From Mustelus asterias (Eukaryota), in the NCBI RefSeq assembly GCF_964213995.1, contig NC_135819.1, positions 66,774,001 through 66,838,000 of the forward strand: DNA of 64,000 bases. Reading direction: 5' to 3'. The first letter of the stretch is position 1; each line of letters starts with the position of its first letter. A program made the translations under genes and the position numbers. The notes below the pieces were generated by a model, which saw only the letters and a list, made by a program, of their open reading frames with translations, had not been told where the DNA came from and searched no databases. Shown piece after piece: positions 1-14,081 of the stretch.

Positions 1-372
1 TGGTTATTTGACGCACAACGGCTATATTTTGAGCCCGCTGTTGGACTTATTTCGCACACAATCGGATAATTTGTGACCATCCCCGTTCCTTCAATACTGC
101 TTAACACATAATATTAAATTCCTCTCTCTATGTTTAACACCTGGAAAAACATCTTTAAACTTATACGCCAATAAGGTTGAAAATACAAAATGTGTAGTAA
201 CAGAGCACATTAATGTGAACGCATAAAATGTTTCATTTTGTATTTGAACAAAATGAAGTTAACGCTCCAATGAAAATAGGAGAGGCGTTTCACATATTCA
301 CTTTCGTTGCTAATAATGAATGCACAGTGGGATTTTGACTCTCTGACATTACGTTGTATTACTCTTTTCAAG

Positions 373-732
373 CTGGACAACGGATTGATCAATGTTTACA
401 GCAGCCTAAAACGCTTTCTGTCACAAAAGGAGACTCGATCGTGTTAAATTGTTTCTACTCGGCACCTAGTCTACAAAGATTCGAAGCTTGGTGGGTTTTC
501 CAAAATGACCACCGATGTCCTCTCAAGACCATCGCAAATTTATCGTCCAATGGACCCCAAGTGATTCATTCTCGATATTCTGCAATACACAACTCCAGTC
601 AGAAAGCATTCACTTTAAGGATAACTGATGTTCAAATCAGTGACACTGGAGTCTATCGCTGTGAGATGTTTAAGACCTCGCCTCCACCAACTGGTAAAGT
701 AATAGGAAAAGGAACGGCGCTGAAAGTAATTG
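373..732 (+). CDS. Gene A exon: VJ-type IgV domain of a V-C1-TM-ITIM receptor
   Basis: Acceptor ttttcaag|373 and donor 732|gtaact, phase 1/1. Encodes GQRIDQCLQQPKTLSVTKGDSIVLNC...AWW...FTLRITDVQISDTGVYRCEMFKTSPPPTGKVIGKGTALKVI, with the B-strand Cys, C-strand Trp, DxGxYxC and a J-like GxGTxLxV motif. Confidence 0.92.
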
Positions 733-1286
733 GTAACTATATAACTTTATAAATTAGATTTCGTACTATATTATTTTGCACATTCCTACAAACTTCAGCT
801 GAAATGAATTCTGTACACGTTTTTGTCAGTCACAGAGATGTGAGTGCTCAGGTTTGATAGTTAGTCCGTGGCGAATTGGCCCGAGCAAGACGTTAGGAGT
901 GCTATAATTGACCTCAGTGCCCTTAGGCTTGGGAGGTTCCTACCCTTGATCTTTATCACGTTTTCCAGATGGACGTGCATATAAATGACATTGGTGGAAG
1001 ACAGAATCCGGGTCTCCATAGCAGAACAGCTTCATGATTTCCTAGGGTCGCACACGAGGAATATTCACAGGTGAGATGTTGGAGGGAACCTTTGGAGCAG
1101 TACCCCAGCAAACAGTCGGTTTACAGAGTGGTGAAAGGGAAAAAAATGGGTGGGAAAAGGGGGCAAGAAAGAAAGGAAAAGAAGTCATTGCGACAGTCAT
1201 ATCAAGGGTATAAACTAGAAAAGCACGACCAATATTTGAGATAACAATGCTGGCACACTGACAACCAGTATCAGCATCAAAGTATA

Positions 1287-1306
1287 ATATATATATATAT
1301 ATATAT
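1287..1306. repeat. (TA)n microsatellite
   Basis: About 10 TA units. Confidence 0.9.
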
Positions 1307-1475
1307 TAAAATTCCCTTCACCCTACCCAAAAACTGGATTGTACCTTTGTCAATGTGCTAACTTTAACGGAGCTAATATAAATGAAGCTGTGAAGAAAAC
1401 ACAGATATCGCAAGCATACGTTTACCATTACTAACCAAAGTGCATAATTTGTCTCCCATGCTTAAAATATTGGAG

Positions 1476-1593
1476 CAGCAGCGCTCCGAAAGCTAGTGGC
1501 TTGTGCTACCAAATAAACCTGTTGGACTTTAACCTGGTGTTGTGAGACTTCTTACTGTGTTTACCCCAGTCCAACGCCGGCATCTCCACATCA
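1476..1593 (+). mobile_element. Penelope-like element 3' terminus (pLTR fragment)
   Basis: Same ~115-bp unit as five other copies in the window; 13-bp TSD taaaatattggag (1463-1475 / 1594-1606). Confidence 0.8.
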
Positions 1594-2802
1594 TAAAATA
1601 TTGGAGTCATTGGAGCAAAGGTTATTTGACTTCTTAAAGATTATTCTGCATTCAAATAGCATTCCTCAATTTGGGCTAATGAAATGTTTGGTTATTTTAA
1701 AAATCAATTGTAATAACACTGGTCTTGTTCCCGACTCTTGCTTTGATAAAGGCAGACATGAAGTACTTATTTACATGCAGTTGCTATTTTTTGATCATCC
1801 ACAAATTGACAATCCTCTGTTGGGTTTCACATCACTTTTAACAATTCTCTGTGTATTAATATAATTGTAAAATACTTCAGTCTCTTTTTTAATGAGTTTT
1901 GAAATTGTTTTCTCAGAATTCCTCTTAGCATCTTGTAAGTATCTACTTACAATAATTAAATTACTTGACATATTAGTTGACCCCAACAACTTTCTAGGCT
2001 CAGAAAATACTGGAAACACTAAGCAGATCAGGAATAGCATCAGTCTAAGAAGTGAGTGACAAGTTAAAGTTTCAAGCCTAACTCTTTATCAAATTTCCTG
2101 CATCTGCATCTGAAGTCAGTTTGGTATGCCCTTGAAAAAAGTTCACTTATTTTGAGAACAGTTAAAAGAGGACACACAGCACTAATTTTCCCAAATGATC
2201 TTGTTTATTAAGATGACTCATGGAATTTCATGATCATCCACGATAATGAAATATGTGCAGAGAACTGTGCACATTGTTCCCTATCAGTATTCTTAGTAGG
2301 CGTATTAATTCTTTGTTGAACAAAATGGTCAGTAAAATAACAAGTGTTAATTATAGATTCAAATACATAGCACTGTTTAATAATGAACCTCCCCCCTCCC
2401 ACATTAAAATACTTTTTTAAAACCAGGAATATCAGTTTACTCAGCAGAGCAATAAATAATGCTACGTTGGGGAAAATTGATGGTTGTGTATTGTGTTACC
2501 TATTTAACTATTGGTTTTTAAACTATGGTATATTCTTGAAAAGAAAAATCATTGTTGGATACAAAATGTATTATGAATAAACAACAGTAACTGCTAGGAA
2601 GTACTATTTTTAACAATAATGGAATTTTTACTGTTACCTAGCTTTTTTAAAAATACCGTTACACTATGTACAATGAATTATTTGCCTCTATATCCACTTT
2701 GAGTCTGATATGAATAAGAAAATCCAATGGTAAAAATTAATTTGACAAATAGACTTTTTTTCAAACAAAATACAGCAGAGACTGGGAATTCTCAGCAAGC
2801 CT

Positions 2803-5549
2803 TAGTCATAGAGGTTTGCAGCATGGAAACAGGCCCTTCGGCCCAACTTGTCCATGCCACCCTTTTTTTTAAACCCCTAAGCTAATCCCAATTGCCCGCA
2901 TTTGACCCATATCCCTCTATACCCATTGTACCCATGTAACTATCTAAATGCTTTTTAAAAGACAAAATTGTACCCGCCTCTACTACTATCTCTGGCAGCT
3001 TGTTCCAGACACTCACCACCCTGTGTGTGGAAAAAGTTGCCCCTCTGGACACTTTTGTATCTCTCCCCTCTCACCTTAAACCTATGCCCTCTAGTTTTAG
3101 ACTCCCCTACCTTTGGGAAAAGATATTGACTATCTACCTTGTCTATGCCCTTCATTATTTTATAGACCTCTATAAGATCACCGCTCAGCCTCCTACGCTC
3201 CAGAGAAAAAAGTCCCAGTCTATCCAGCCTCTCCTTATAACTCAATCCATCAAGTCCCGGTAGCATCCTAGTAAATCTTTTCTGCACTCTTTCTAGTTTA
3301 ATAATATCCTTTCCATAATAGGGTGACCAGAATTGCACACAGTATTCCAAGTGTGACCTTACCAATGTCTTGTGCAACTTCAACAAGACATTCCAACTCC
3401 TGTATTCAATGTTCTGACCAATGAAACCAAGCATGCCGAATGCCTTCACCACTCTGTCCACCTGTGACTCCACTTTCAAGGAGCTATGAACATGTACTCC
3501 TAGATCTCTTTGTTCTGTAACTCTCCCCAATGCCCTACCATTAACTGAGTAAGTCCTGCCCTGGTTCAATCTACCAAAATGCATCACCTCGCATTTGTCT
3601 AAACTGAACTCCATCTGCCATTCATCAGCCCACTGGCCCAATTGATCAACATCCCATTGCAATTGGAGATAACTTTCTTCACTGTCCACTATGCCACCAA
3701 TCTTAGTGTCATCTGCAAACTTACTAACCATGCCTCCTATATTCTCATCCAAATCATTAATATAAATGACAAAACAGTGGACCCAGCACTGATACCTGAG
3801 GCACACCGCTGGTCACAGGCCTCCAGTTTGAAAAACAGCCCTCTACAACCACCCTCTGGCTTCTGTCAAGAAGCCAATTTTGTATCCATTTAGATACCTC
3901 ACCCTGGATTTAACCTTATGCAACAACCTATCATACGGTACCTTGTCAAAAGCCTTGCTAAAGTCCATGTAGACAACATCAACTGCACTGCCTTCATCTA
4001 CCTTCTTGGTTACCCCTTCAAAAAACTCAATCAAATTTGTGAGACGTGATTTTCCACTCACAAAGCCATGCTGACTGTCCCTAATCAGTCCTTGCGTCTC
4101 TAAATGCCTGTAGATCCTGTCTCTCAAAATACCTTCCAACAATTTACCCACCACAGATGTGAGGCTCACTGGCCTGTAGTTCCCAGGCTTTTCCCTGCAG
4201 CCCTTTTTAAACAAAGGCACATTTGCCACTCTCCAATCTTCAGGCACCTCACCCGTGACTATCGATGATTCAAATATCTCGGCAAGGGGACCTGCAATTT
4301 CCTCCCTAGCCTCCCACAATGTCCTGGGATACACTTCATCAGGTCCTGGGGATTTATCTACCTTGATGCACTTTAAGACTTCCAGCACCTCCTTCTCTGT
4401 AATATGTACACTCCTCAAGACATCACTATTTATTTCCCCAAGTTCCCGAACATCTATGCTTTTCTCAACAGTAAATACTGATGAGAAATATTCATTTAGG
4501 ATCTCACCCATCTCTTGTGGATCCGCACATAGATGACCTTGTTGATCCTTAAGAGGCCCTACTCTCTCCCTTGTTACTCTTTTGCCCTTTATGTATTTGT
4601 AGAAGGTCTTTGGGTTCTCCTTTGCCTTATCTGCCAAAACAATTTAGTGTCCCCTTTTTGCCCTCCTGATTTCTCTCTTAACTCTACCCCTACACCCGCT
4701 ATACTCTTCAAGGGATTCACTTGATCCCAGCTGCCTATGCATGTCATGTGCCTCTTTCTTCTTCTTGACCAGGGTCTCAATATCCCGAGTCATCCAGGGT
4801 TCCCTACTTCTGCCAGCCTTGCCCTTCACTATAAGAGGAATGTGTTTACCCTGAACCCTGGTTAACACACTTTTGAAAGTGTGCCACTTACCAGACATCC
4901 CTTTGCCTTCCCACATACTCCCCCAATTAACTTTTGAAAGTTCCTGCCTGATACCATCAAAATTGGCCTTGCCCCAATTTAGAATTTTAACTTTTGGGCC
5001 AGACCTATTATTCTCCATAGCTACCTTAAAACCAATAGAATTATGATCACTGGTCCCAAAGTGATCCCTCACTAACATTTCTGTCACCTGCCCTTCCTTA
5101 TTTCCCAAGAGGAGGTCAAGTTTTGCCCCCTCTCTAGTCGGGCCATCCACATACTGAATGAGAAATTCCTCCTGAATACACAACAAATTTCTCTCCATCC
5201 AACCCTCTAATACTATGGCTGTCCCAGTCAATGTTGGGAAAGTTAAAATCTCCGACTATTACCATCCTATTTTTCTTGGAGCTATCTGTAATCTCCTTAC
5301 ATATTTGCTCCTCAATTTCCCGCCGACTATTTGGAGGCCTATAGTACAACCCTATCAAGTTGCCCTTCTTATTTCTCAGTTCTACCCATATAGACTCAGT
5401 GGCCGAACCCTCGGATATATCCCCTCTCAGTACGGCCGTGATGCTTTCCCTAATCAAAAGTGCAACTCCCCCTCCTCTCTTACTCCTGTTCTATCTTTCC
5501 TATAGCATCTGTACCCTGGAACATTGATCTGCCAGTCCTGTCCCTCCCC
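2803..5549 (-). mobile_element. CR1-clade LINE (HER1-like), 5'-truncated ORF2 with APE endonuclease C-terminus and RT; frameshifted
   Basis: Minus-strand ORFs contain [58 protein letters not shown] and [14 protein letters not shown]. Confidence 0.95.
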
Positions 5550-6699
5550 TGGCAGCATCTAGGGAGAGAGAAATGGAGCTTGTTGACCAATTCCTTAATG
5601 CTCATCCAGCAAATTTTCAAATGAAATAGTAGAAAGGAGAATGGAAAATAGAAAGACAAACACCACTTTCAATTAAAATCTACAAAGTGCAACTGTTCAT
5701 TTATACTCTACAGATTGAGAAAAATTGAAGTGAATTTGCACCTATCAAAATTGGATTGAAATTCCTGCAAATTCTTTCCATTTCATCTGAGTTTAACCAA
5801 TCACTTTTTAAAAATTGGACTCAACCTTCTTCCCTGAGAAAATTTGCAAGTTTTGGGACCATATGTGGGTTCCAACTCTGATGGTGTTCCAGTCCTGCCA
5901 CCTGCACAATTTTCCCAGAGACGGCCAATCAAAGAGGCTGCCTACGGGAACCATGTCCAATTAGAGATGGCAGGCAGGCCAGAGGGCCCAATGAGAGCCA
6001 GGCGCCTCAAGAGGGAGGCATATTCTGAAGATTAAGTAAGTGTGGTCACAGCTGCAAGGCCATCATTGTAGAGGGAAGCCCCCCCACTTCCAGGATGGCC
6101 TGAGGGTGCAGCGATGGCCCTCAGATCGTCTCGGCTCCAGGATGGAGCTATTTATAGGAGATATCGGCACCTCCCTGCTCTTTTGCTGGGAGGCTGCCTC
6201 CAGGTTTTTGCCAGGCTTCCCCCTTGCGGGACTAGGTTGCGAAAAGGTCTCTGGTGTCACCAATGTGACTATAAATGGGCATCTAACTGACACTAATTCT
6301 GTATCTGTCCAAGCTGGGAATGAAAAATCTTGACCCCCGCTTACGGCAAGGTCACTCGGAAAGACTTGAGGAAACTTGGGCACCCTGAGATTCTCCAATT
6401 TGGCTGCTGGTTCTGTCTCTCCAAACCCCCACCTCTATGGGACTGAGTATATTCCGTCCATTGTTTTAAATCAGCTGTTAGGATGTCTGAAGTGGCTGAC
6501 ATGATCCATTTGTTTTTGGCGGTGTTGTTGGTGTATTCGGGATTGGTTACTCACTTGTTTGTGGCCACATGAGAAAGAACAAATTATGAAAAGATTGACA
6601 GACTTAAGAGAAAAAAGAAATGCCAGGTGTGGTTATGGGCAGCACAGAGTCAATGAGACAGAGGCAAGAGAGCCTGCAAACACAGAAGCCCAATGGAGC

Positions 6700-7115
6700 A
6701 TATAGGTTCCTTGGGTAGCACCTTCCAAATCCATGACCACTAATATCTTGAAGGACAAGAGCAGCAAGTACCTGGGAACACCATTACATCATTATCTGGA
6801 AGTTTCCCTCTAAGTCACTCACCAGCCTGTCTTGGGGATGTATTGCCGTTCCTTCACAGTTCACAGTAACCTCATTGCAGTGTGAATGTAAGTCTATTTG
6901 TGACTAATAAATAAACTTTTACTTTACTTCAACTTTATTGGATCAAAACCCTGGAATTCCCTCCCTAACAGCATTGTGGGTGTACCTACGCCTCAAGAAC
7001 TGCAGTGGCTCAAGAAGGCAGCTTGCCACCACCTCTTCTTAAGGGCAACTAGGGCTGGGCAATAAATGCTAGTCCAGTCAACAACACCCACATCTCGTAA
7101 AAGGAATTTTAAAAA
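6700..7115 (+). mobile_element. LINE 3'-end remnant with an embedded SINE-tail fragment (~6860-6925)
   Basis: The tail gggcaataaatgct...acccacatc is shared with the SINE at 21058-21375 and with 56410-56475. Confidence 0.5.
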
Positions 7116-7483
7116 CGTAACTGGTTGAGCGAATGGGAAATTGAGCAAATGACAGCAGATACTAGAGTGGGGAGTCTGATGACTAAGAGGAAAACAAAAT
7201 CAGGAAGGAGGAAATGATTACATTTAAAATATCAAAGTGGGTCACCAGACTGGCAAAAGACCAAATAAATCAGACTAGTGAAAATGAAAATTTGTAAATA
7301 TTTGGTCCTATTTCAAAAGATCATTATTGACTATTAGAACCCTACCCTTAAGTTTAAGTTATATATAGGTAATCTAACTTAGTTTTCGTAGCTTTGAAAT
7401 CTGAATGGTTCAATTGTACATTGGTCTCATATCAGTCTAGTTCCATTATTAATCCAAATTTCTGCCCTCTATTTCATAACCAG

Positions 7484-7795
7484 TTCAACCGTCTCTTTGG
7501 CTATTTGCATCGTCTGATGAAGCAGCATCTTCACCTTCACTTACTGTCACGTGCTCAGCATATAGATTCTATCCAAATGTTATCACAGTGATGTTCCAGA
7601 CAACATGTCTCAGCAATCAACTCACCAATGAAAGCTCACTCAACCTCGATGGGACCTACAACCATACAGCTATCATTAACATCTCTACCAAAACCTGCAC
7701 AAACTCAGCCAAATTCACTTGTGTAATTCAACATCCAGCATCACAATCCAAGATACAGCATACTATCTGCATTGATGCACACAAAACAGGCGAAG
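7484..7795 (+). CDS. Gene A exon: Ig C1-set domain
   Basis: Acceptor ataaccag|7484, donor 7795|gtaaga, phase 1/1. Encodes VQPSLWL...TVTCSAYRFYPNVITV...NLDGTYNHTAII...FTCVIQHPAS, with the C1 hallmarks C-x4-FYP, DGTY and FxCxxxH. Confidence 0.9.
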
Positions 7796-8599
7796 GTAAG
7801 ATAAAACATTATCAGCTTCTTCAGAGTATCTATTTGCAAGAGTAAAATTTCCTTTTGACACAAGGTGGAAGAATTGTTCCACTTGCTATGGGTGAGATGG
7901 ATACAGATAACATAAGTCAATCAATCCATCCACAAAGAAAATACTAGTCCCTATCCCCACATCTTGTCATCAGATTTTACAGTTGATTCAAGGATTTTTG
8001 TCTTACATGTTCTACCCAAAGGTCCATATCATTCTATGTGAAGAACTTCCTGACATTAGTAATAAATTTGTCTTCTTGTACATGTTTAAATTTGTGCCTG
8101 ATGTCTCACTTGAGACAGTGTTCAGAATGGATTTGTTACATCTGTCAACTTGCTGCATATATAAAACAGAGAAGGAGTTCATAATTGATTTTATGATCTT
8201 GTTACAAGGATTGAGCAGAATAATTGTTCCCCCTTCAAGCAGAATAGGTCTGTCTAAATAAACTTTTATGAAGCTCTAAATTATTTAGCGAGCTTTTGTA
8301 ATTAGCTTTAATCACTACATCCAAAACTCTTCCCCTCCTTGCTGTCTTCCCTCCCCCTGCCTTCTCTTCCCACACGTTCTCTTTCCCGCCCTCAGCCTTT
8401 TTCCCACCATCCCTCTTTCCCCCACCTTCCTTCCCCCACCCCACCCCATCTCTCTTTCCTCCCCCCCACCTCTCTTGATTGGAAATTATATTTTTACAGA
8501 TTGCATCATATGTCACACAGTCTCAAAATAGACACTGTTGCTAATTGTCACACAAAAAATTTCCATTTCCGTCCATTGCTGAAGTAGAAACTGAAGCCA

Positions 8600-10450
8600 C
8601 ATTTCCTGCGGTTTCTCTGCAATACGTATTTTGAGCTGAGCAGATTGCATTTCAGCTCATTTGAGACCAGACTTATTGGTCCTGCCAGAGGTGGAAGCGG
8701 AGGAGTGTGGGTGATGATGACAGTTCCCTATGAGGGATGTTATGCTCTTCCTCCTTAGTGACTGCCTCAACTTTGATCCTCCAGATGGCTGGAGGGTGCC
8801 ATCTGTTGTGGCAGAACTGGCATCCATTCCAAACATCACCGCCACTGACTGATGAAGGCTACTTAGTACGGCCTGCATCCTATGAATGGCAATATACAGT
8901 TGTTCCATGTGCTCTGTGTGCTTCTGTATGTATCTCTCCATGATGTTGGCCACTGTCCATATTGAAAGACTTATGCGCTCCAAGCCCTGAAACATGATGT
9001 TGTACAAGAGCCGAATGGACTCCTCCATTCCCACTCCATGACCTCAGTGAACTCTGACATCGGGGAGCACATGTGTTGCTGCAGGTTTAAATGGAGCATC
9101 CTTTGCTTTGACTCCCAAGACCCTGCATCTGTGCCCAGCTGAGTAGGGCTATGCCTATCCTCCATTTTCTCAGGGGGACTATCCACAGCTTCCTCTGCCT
9201 GTCCTGCATGCCCATGACATGCTTTTCACCCAGTGCCACCCCGTCTATGTATGTGGGAAAACACACTGAGGTGATTGTATCTGGTGGAGGCTGTGATTGT
9301 ACAGCATGGTGGTGCTTGCTGTGCTCTAGCAACACAACCTAACAATGGGTCCAGGAACTGGTTTCCAAGTCTCAATGAAAGAACCTGACATGAGAAGAGA
9401 TTATGAAAACTAGCTTTTGAGAGCAGGAACCTCTTCATGTTGAGATTGAGTCTTTGCATGCCGTCCGATGAGTCGGAGTGCAATGCATCCCGTTAATCTC
9501 TGCATTCCGGTTTCTATTCACCATTTCCAACTGAGAAGCCGGTCGAGTCTTCACTAACTTACTTGTGGTCAGCAAATCTGGGGGTCTCTATCATTCAGTC
9601 TTTCATAATGCTAACACTGGAGCAGCATGGTGGTTAGCACTGCTGCCTCACAGTGCCAGGGACCTGGGTTTGATTCCTGGCTTGGGTCACTGTCTGTGCG
9701 GAGTCTGCATGTTCTCCCCATGTCTGCATGGGTTTCCTCCGGGTGCTCCAGTTTCCTCCCACAGTCCGAAAGATGTGCTGGTTACGTGCATTGGCCATGC
9801 TAAATTCTCCGTCAGTGTACCCGAACAGGCACCAGAGTGTGGCGACTAGGGAATTTTCACAGTAACTTCATTGCAGTGTTATTGTAAGCCTACTTGTAAC
9901 ACTAATAAATAAACAAAACTAAATAATGTAAATGTTGGGTAACATTGTGAACCTATTTTCCTGCAATGACAAAAGGGACAAAGATAAAGCCCTGCTGGCT
10001 TCTGTCCAATGCCAATAACTAATATTTCTAAAAGGCTGCATGTATCAGTGTTGGAAATACCTCAGCAATGCTATGACTCAGAGTCTTGCTAAGGAGTTAG
10101 CGAATATCCTGTCACACATTCCTCCCATGTTCAGGAGCAACATGTGCTCTCAGGCCGCTCAGCTAGTACATCTGTACCCATTGGCCTGTTCTGAGGGCTC
10201 AATGTTGTACTCATCTTGCCCGGGTAAATAAAGTCACTGAACCTCTTCCTGCACTGCATCAGTTCCTTCTGACCACACACATCTGTTAATGATCTCCACC
10301 ACCTTGTTCTAGGCCAGCATGATTTGTGAGGGTGGCCTTCCCCTGCTTCACCCAGAAAGAAGACACCCCTCCTCTCCATTTTTGACTCAAGGAGGGCCTC
10401 CAGGCTGACAAAAACAAAGCAAGGACAGCCCTGTCCCAGGTCCCAGGCCT
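8600..10450 (-). mobile_element. Degenerate Harbinger Myb/SANT-like gene fragments
   Basis: LEALLESKMERRGVFF...W...QCRKRFSDF (Myb/SANT-like) plus downstream low-complexity coding remnants; interrupted by a SINE. Confidence 0.5.
9619..9922 (+). mobile_element. tRNA-derived V-SINE (HE1-like head), tail type B
   Basis: A/B-box head ggtggttagcactgctgcctcacag...gggtttgattcc; central gtttcctccgggtgctcc domain; tail ttcacagtaacttcattgcagtg...aataaataaac. Confidence 0.85.
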
Positions 10451-11749
10451 CTGTCTTTCTCACTTCAAGTGCAATACAGTAAGTAAACCCCAATACAGCA
10501 CCCACAGTACAGGTTGCTCTGGTGGGTTTAAATTGGGCAAGCTCTCCTTCAGATTTACCTCCCTTCTTCCTGCTCCCCCATCATCATGGACAATAATTGG
10601 CTGCACAACATGTGCTCCAGACCTCCAGCCAATCAACAATCCCCTGTCAAAATTGGGGATTGTGACTGCTCCCCCCTCACCCAGCCCCACCCTGCTGGCA
10701 GGACCAGGCTTGTTGCCCATTTCCCAACCCTGGAAGGAAAATCAGACCTCGAGAGTAATGAATTCATGTGACTTTATGGATTTAGCTGTTAAGAAAACAC
10801 AAAGACCGGAACTCTACCATCTCGCCCGCCACTGAATTGGTGCGTGCGAGGGCCCGACAACAGAAATCTCCGTTGACCTCAGGCGGGAATTTCCAGTCTC
10901 GCCCGAGCAAGTCCGTAAAATCCTGACCAAAAGGTCTACAGAACAACATGGAATCTGCAATCATAGATTAAACCATTTAGATGTGCTAAAGCAAGCAAAA
11001 TAAATAATAATAATAGGTTACAACGAGACAATTAGTATTACATAGAAAATTGAGATTAAAGATTAAATCATCACCATTAGAACAGAAAAAAGGTATTAAC
11101 TAAAAATAGGAAATAGAAATTCACTATTAAATAAAAATACTGGCACTGGTATAATGTGTCATCTGTGTAGAGGGGACAGATGGATTCCTTTTTAAATTGT
11201 GGTAACTTTTGACATATACAACAAAAAATGAAAGCAGTCTTGCAAGACTTACCAAAAAATAAATATGGCTGCACAAATTAGAACCTCTTCTAGCGGACGC
11301 CGAGGGTAAAGTTTGGACTGTAATTTCGTCTGGAATCTGGATATACAAGGTTATTACCATAAAATACATTTTCTGGAAAGATCATATGAAGACAGATCCT
11401 TTTCTGGCTCAACAAAGAGGTGGGCTAACCCTGGGGTCTATTTTGATCGGGACGCAGCATAGCATTGGTGCAAGTACATCCAATTTTCATTAAACACAAC
11501 TAAGCAAGGATTGCTCACCTGGACTCCTGAGGAGAAGAATCAACTTCCCGTCGCTTAGTAGTACAGAACTTGACCAGGATAAATGCAAGAATGCCAAATT
11601 TCAAAAGTTTGCAGTAATTTATACTACGGGAGAAAAGGGTGCTGATTGGTTGACAAGTGGACGTAAGTAGAATGTGCCCCAATGAATTTTCAGGGCCTAT
11701 AATTTTACCTCAAAAATAAATTTCTGTAAGATATTAATCTTGATTCCTT

Positions 11750-13395
11750 GTCCTTGGGTGGATGTACTGCGGGCTTGCGGTGGACTGAAAAGATTGAGTA
11801 TGTGGACTTTAACAAAGAGGTTGTGCTGGAATCTTTGAATGGCATCAAGATGGATAAGTCACCGGGTCCGGATGGGATGTACCCCAGGTTACTGTGGGAG
11901 GCGAGGGAAGAGATTGCAGAGCCTCTGGCGATGATCTTTGCGTCGTCGATGGAGACGGGAGAGGTGCCGGAGGATTGCGGATGTGGTTCCTATTTTCAAG
12001 AAGGGGAATAGGGATAGCCCAGGAAATTATCAACCGGTGAGTCTAACCTCAGTGGTTAGTAAGCTGATGGAGAAGATCCTGAGGGACAAGATTTATGAGT
12101 ATTTAGAGAGGTTTAGTATGCTCAAGAATACTCAGCATGGCTTTGTCAAAGGCAGATCATGCCTTACGAGCCTGGTGGAGTTCTTCGAAAATGTGACGAA
12201 ACACATTGATGAAGGGAAAGCAGTAGATGTGGTTTATATGGATTTTAGCAAGGCATTCATAAGGTCCCCCATGCAAGGCTTCTAGAAAAAGTGAGAGGGC
12301 ATGGGATCCAAGGGGCTGCTGCCCTGTGGATCCAGAACTGGCTTGCCCAAAGGAGGCAGAGAGTGGGTATAAATGGGTCTTTTTCTAAATGGAGGTCGGT
12401 CACCAGTGGTGTGCCCCAGGGATCTGTTCTGGGACCCTTGCTGTTTGTCATTTTCATAAATGACCTGGATGAGGAAGTGGAGGGATGGGTTGGTAAGTTT
12501 GCCGATGACACGAAGGTTGGTGGGGTTGTGGATAGTCTGGAGGGATGTCAGAAGTTACAGAGGGACATAGATAGGATGCAAGACTGGGTGGAGAAGTGGC
12601 AGATGGACTTCAACCCAGATAAATGCGTAGTTGTCCATTTTGGCAGGTCAAATGGGATGAAGAAGTACAATATAAAGGGAAAGACTCTTAATACGGTAGA
12701 GGATCAGAAGGACCTTGGGGTCCGGGTCCATAGGACTCTAAAATCGGCCCTGCAGGTGGAGGAGGTGGTTAAGAAGGCGTATGGTGTGCTGGCCTTTATC
12801 AATCGAGGGATTGAGTTTAGGAGTCCGGGGATAATAATGCAGCTATATAAGACCCTCGTCAGACCCCACTTGGAGTACTGTGCTCAGTTCTGGTCGCCTT
12901 ACAGGAAGGATGTGGAAAAGATTGAAAGGGTGCAGAGGCGATTTACAAGGATGTTGCCTGGATTGAGTGGCATGCCTTATGAGGATAGGCTGAGGGAGCT
13001 CGGTCTTTTCTCCTTGGAGAGACGTAGGATGAGAGGAGACCTAATAGAGGTATATAAGATGTTGAGAGGCATAGATCGGGTGGACTCGGAGAGGCTTTTT
13101 CCCAGGGTGGAAATCGCTGCTACGAGAGGACACAGGTTTAAGGTGCTGGGGGGTAGGTACAGGGGAAATGTTAGGGGGAAGTTTTTCACACAGAGGGTGG
13201 TGGGCGAGTGGAATCGGCTGCCGTCAGTGGTGGTGGAGGCAAACTCAATAGGGTCTTTTAAGAGACTCCTGGATGAGTACATGGGACTTAATAGGATGGA
13301 GGGTTATAGGTAGACCTAAAAGGTAGGGATATGTTCGGCACAACTTGTGGGGCCGAAGGGCCTGTTTTGTGCTGTAGTTTTCTATGTTTTTATGT
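11750..13395 (+). mobile_element. CR1-clade LINE, 5'-truncated RT region and 3' tail
   Basis: ORFs 11748-13313 contain SGVPQGSVLGP and KFADDTK; ends in a (ttctatg)-like tail. Confidence 0.95.
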
Positions 13396-13587
13396 CCCTG
13401 AGGGCTTCGTATACATTTTCCAGATTAATGAAATAAGTTTATATGGTTTAATAGTAATTGTAATCACACCACAACTTTTGTAGAGCCCAAATAGGGTGCG
13501 AATGCTTCTCAGAATGGTATCACACCACTAACCAAAAGTTAGCTCAATTGACAACTCAAATGCGAATTATATGGAACTTCATGCATT

Positions 13588-13910
13588 GGGGTGGCACAGT
13601 GGCAAGCACTGCTGCCTCACAGCTCCAGGGACCTGGGTTTGATTCTCGACTTGGGTCACTGTCTGTGTGTAGTTTGCACATTCTCCCCATGTTTGCGTGG
13701 GTATCCTCCCGGTGCCTCCCACAGTCCAAAGATGTGCAGGTTAAGTTGATTGGACATGCTAAGTTAGCTCTTAGTGTTCCAGGATGTGATAGGTTAGAGG
13801 GATTAGCAGGGTAACTAAACAGGGATAGGGCCTGGGTGGGATTGTTGTCAGTGAAGGCTCGATGGGCCGAATGGCCTCCTTCAGTACCATAGGGTTTTTA
13901 TGATTCTATG
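13588..13910 (+). mobile_element. HE1-like V-SINE, tail type A (CR1/HER1-derived)
   Basis: tRNA head, V-domain, tail gatgggccgaatggcctccttc...tgattctatg; atgca flanks both ends. Confidence 0.9.
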
Positions 13911-14081
13911 ATGCAACATAAGATACCCCATTCTGCAATGACCTATTGATGGAGATGAGAAGAAGGATGGAGCTCTGAAATAAATTGCTGCAGGAAGGCA
14001 GCTACTTGCATAAGGCTAAATGTGTAAAATTTGAGTCTTAGCAGGTTGGCATATGTTGATTACAGAATTCATATTTTACAG

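Noticed and set aside
373-732. Assigning a gene symbol (NCR3, CD28, CTLA4, PDCD1, SIRPA) to gene A
   Set aside because: The architecture fits none exactly (C1 present, single C1, uncharged TM, two ITIMs); orthology needs phylogeny and synteny.
354-752. The ORF-track 132-aa protein as a complete single-exon gene
   Set aside because: It starts at TTG in intronic sequence and has no signal peptide; the splice sites define an internal exon 373-732.
323-860. CACAGTG at 323-329 and gtttttgt near 819-826 as possible recombination signal sequences
   Set aside because: No heptamer-12/23 spacer-nonamer arrangement, and both lie outside the V/J boundary; the V exon is germline-joined.
9619-9700. tRNA genes at SINE heads
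   Set aside because: The A/B boxes continue into SINE body and tail; no complete cloverleaf.
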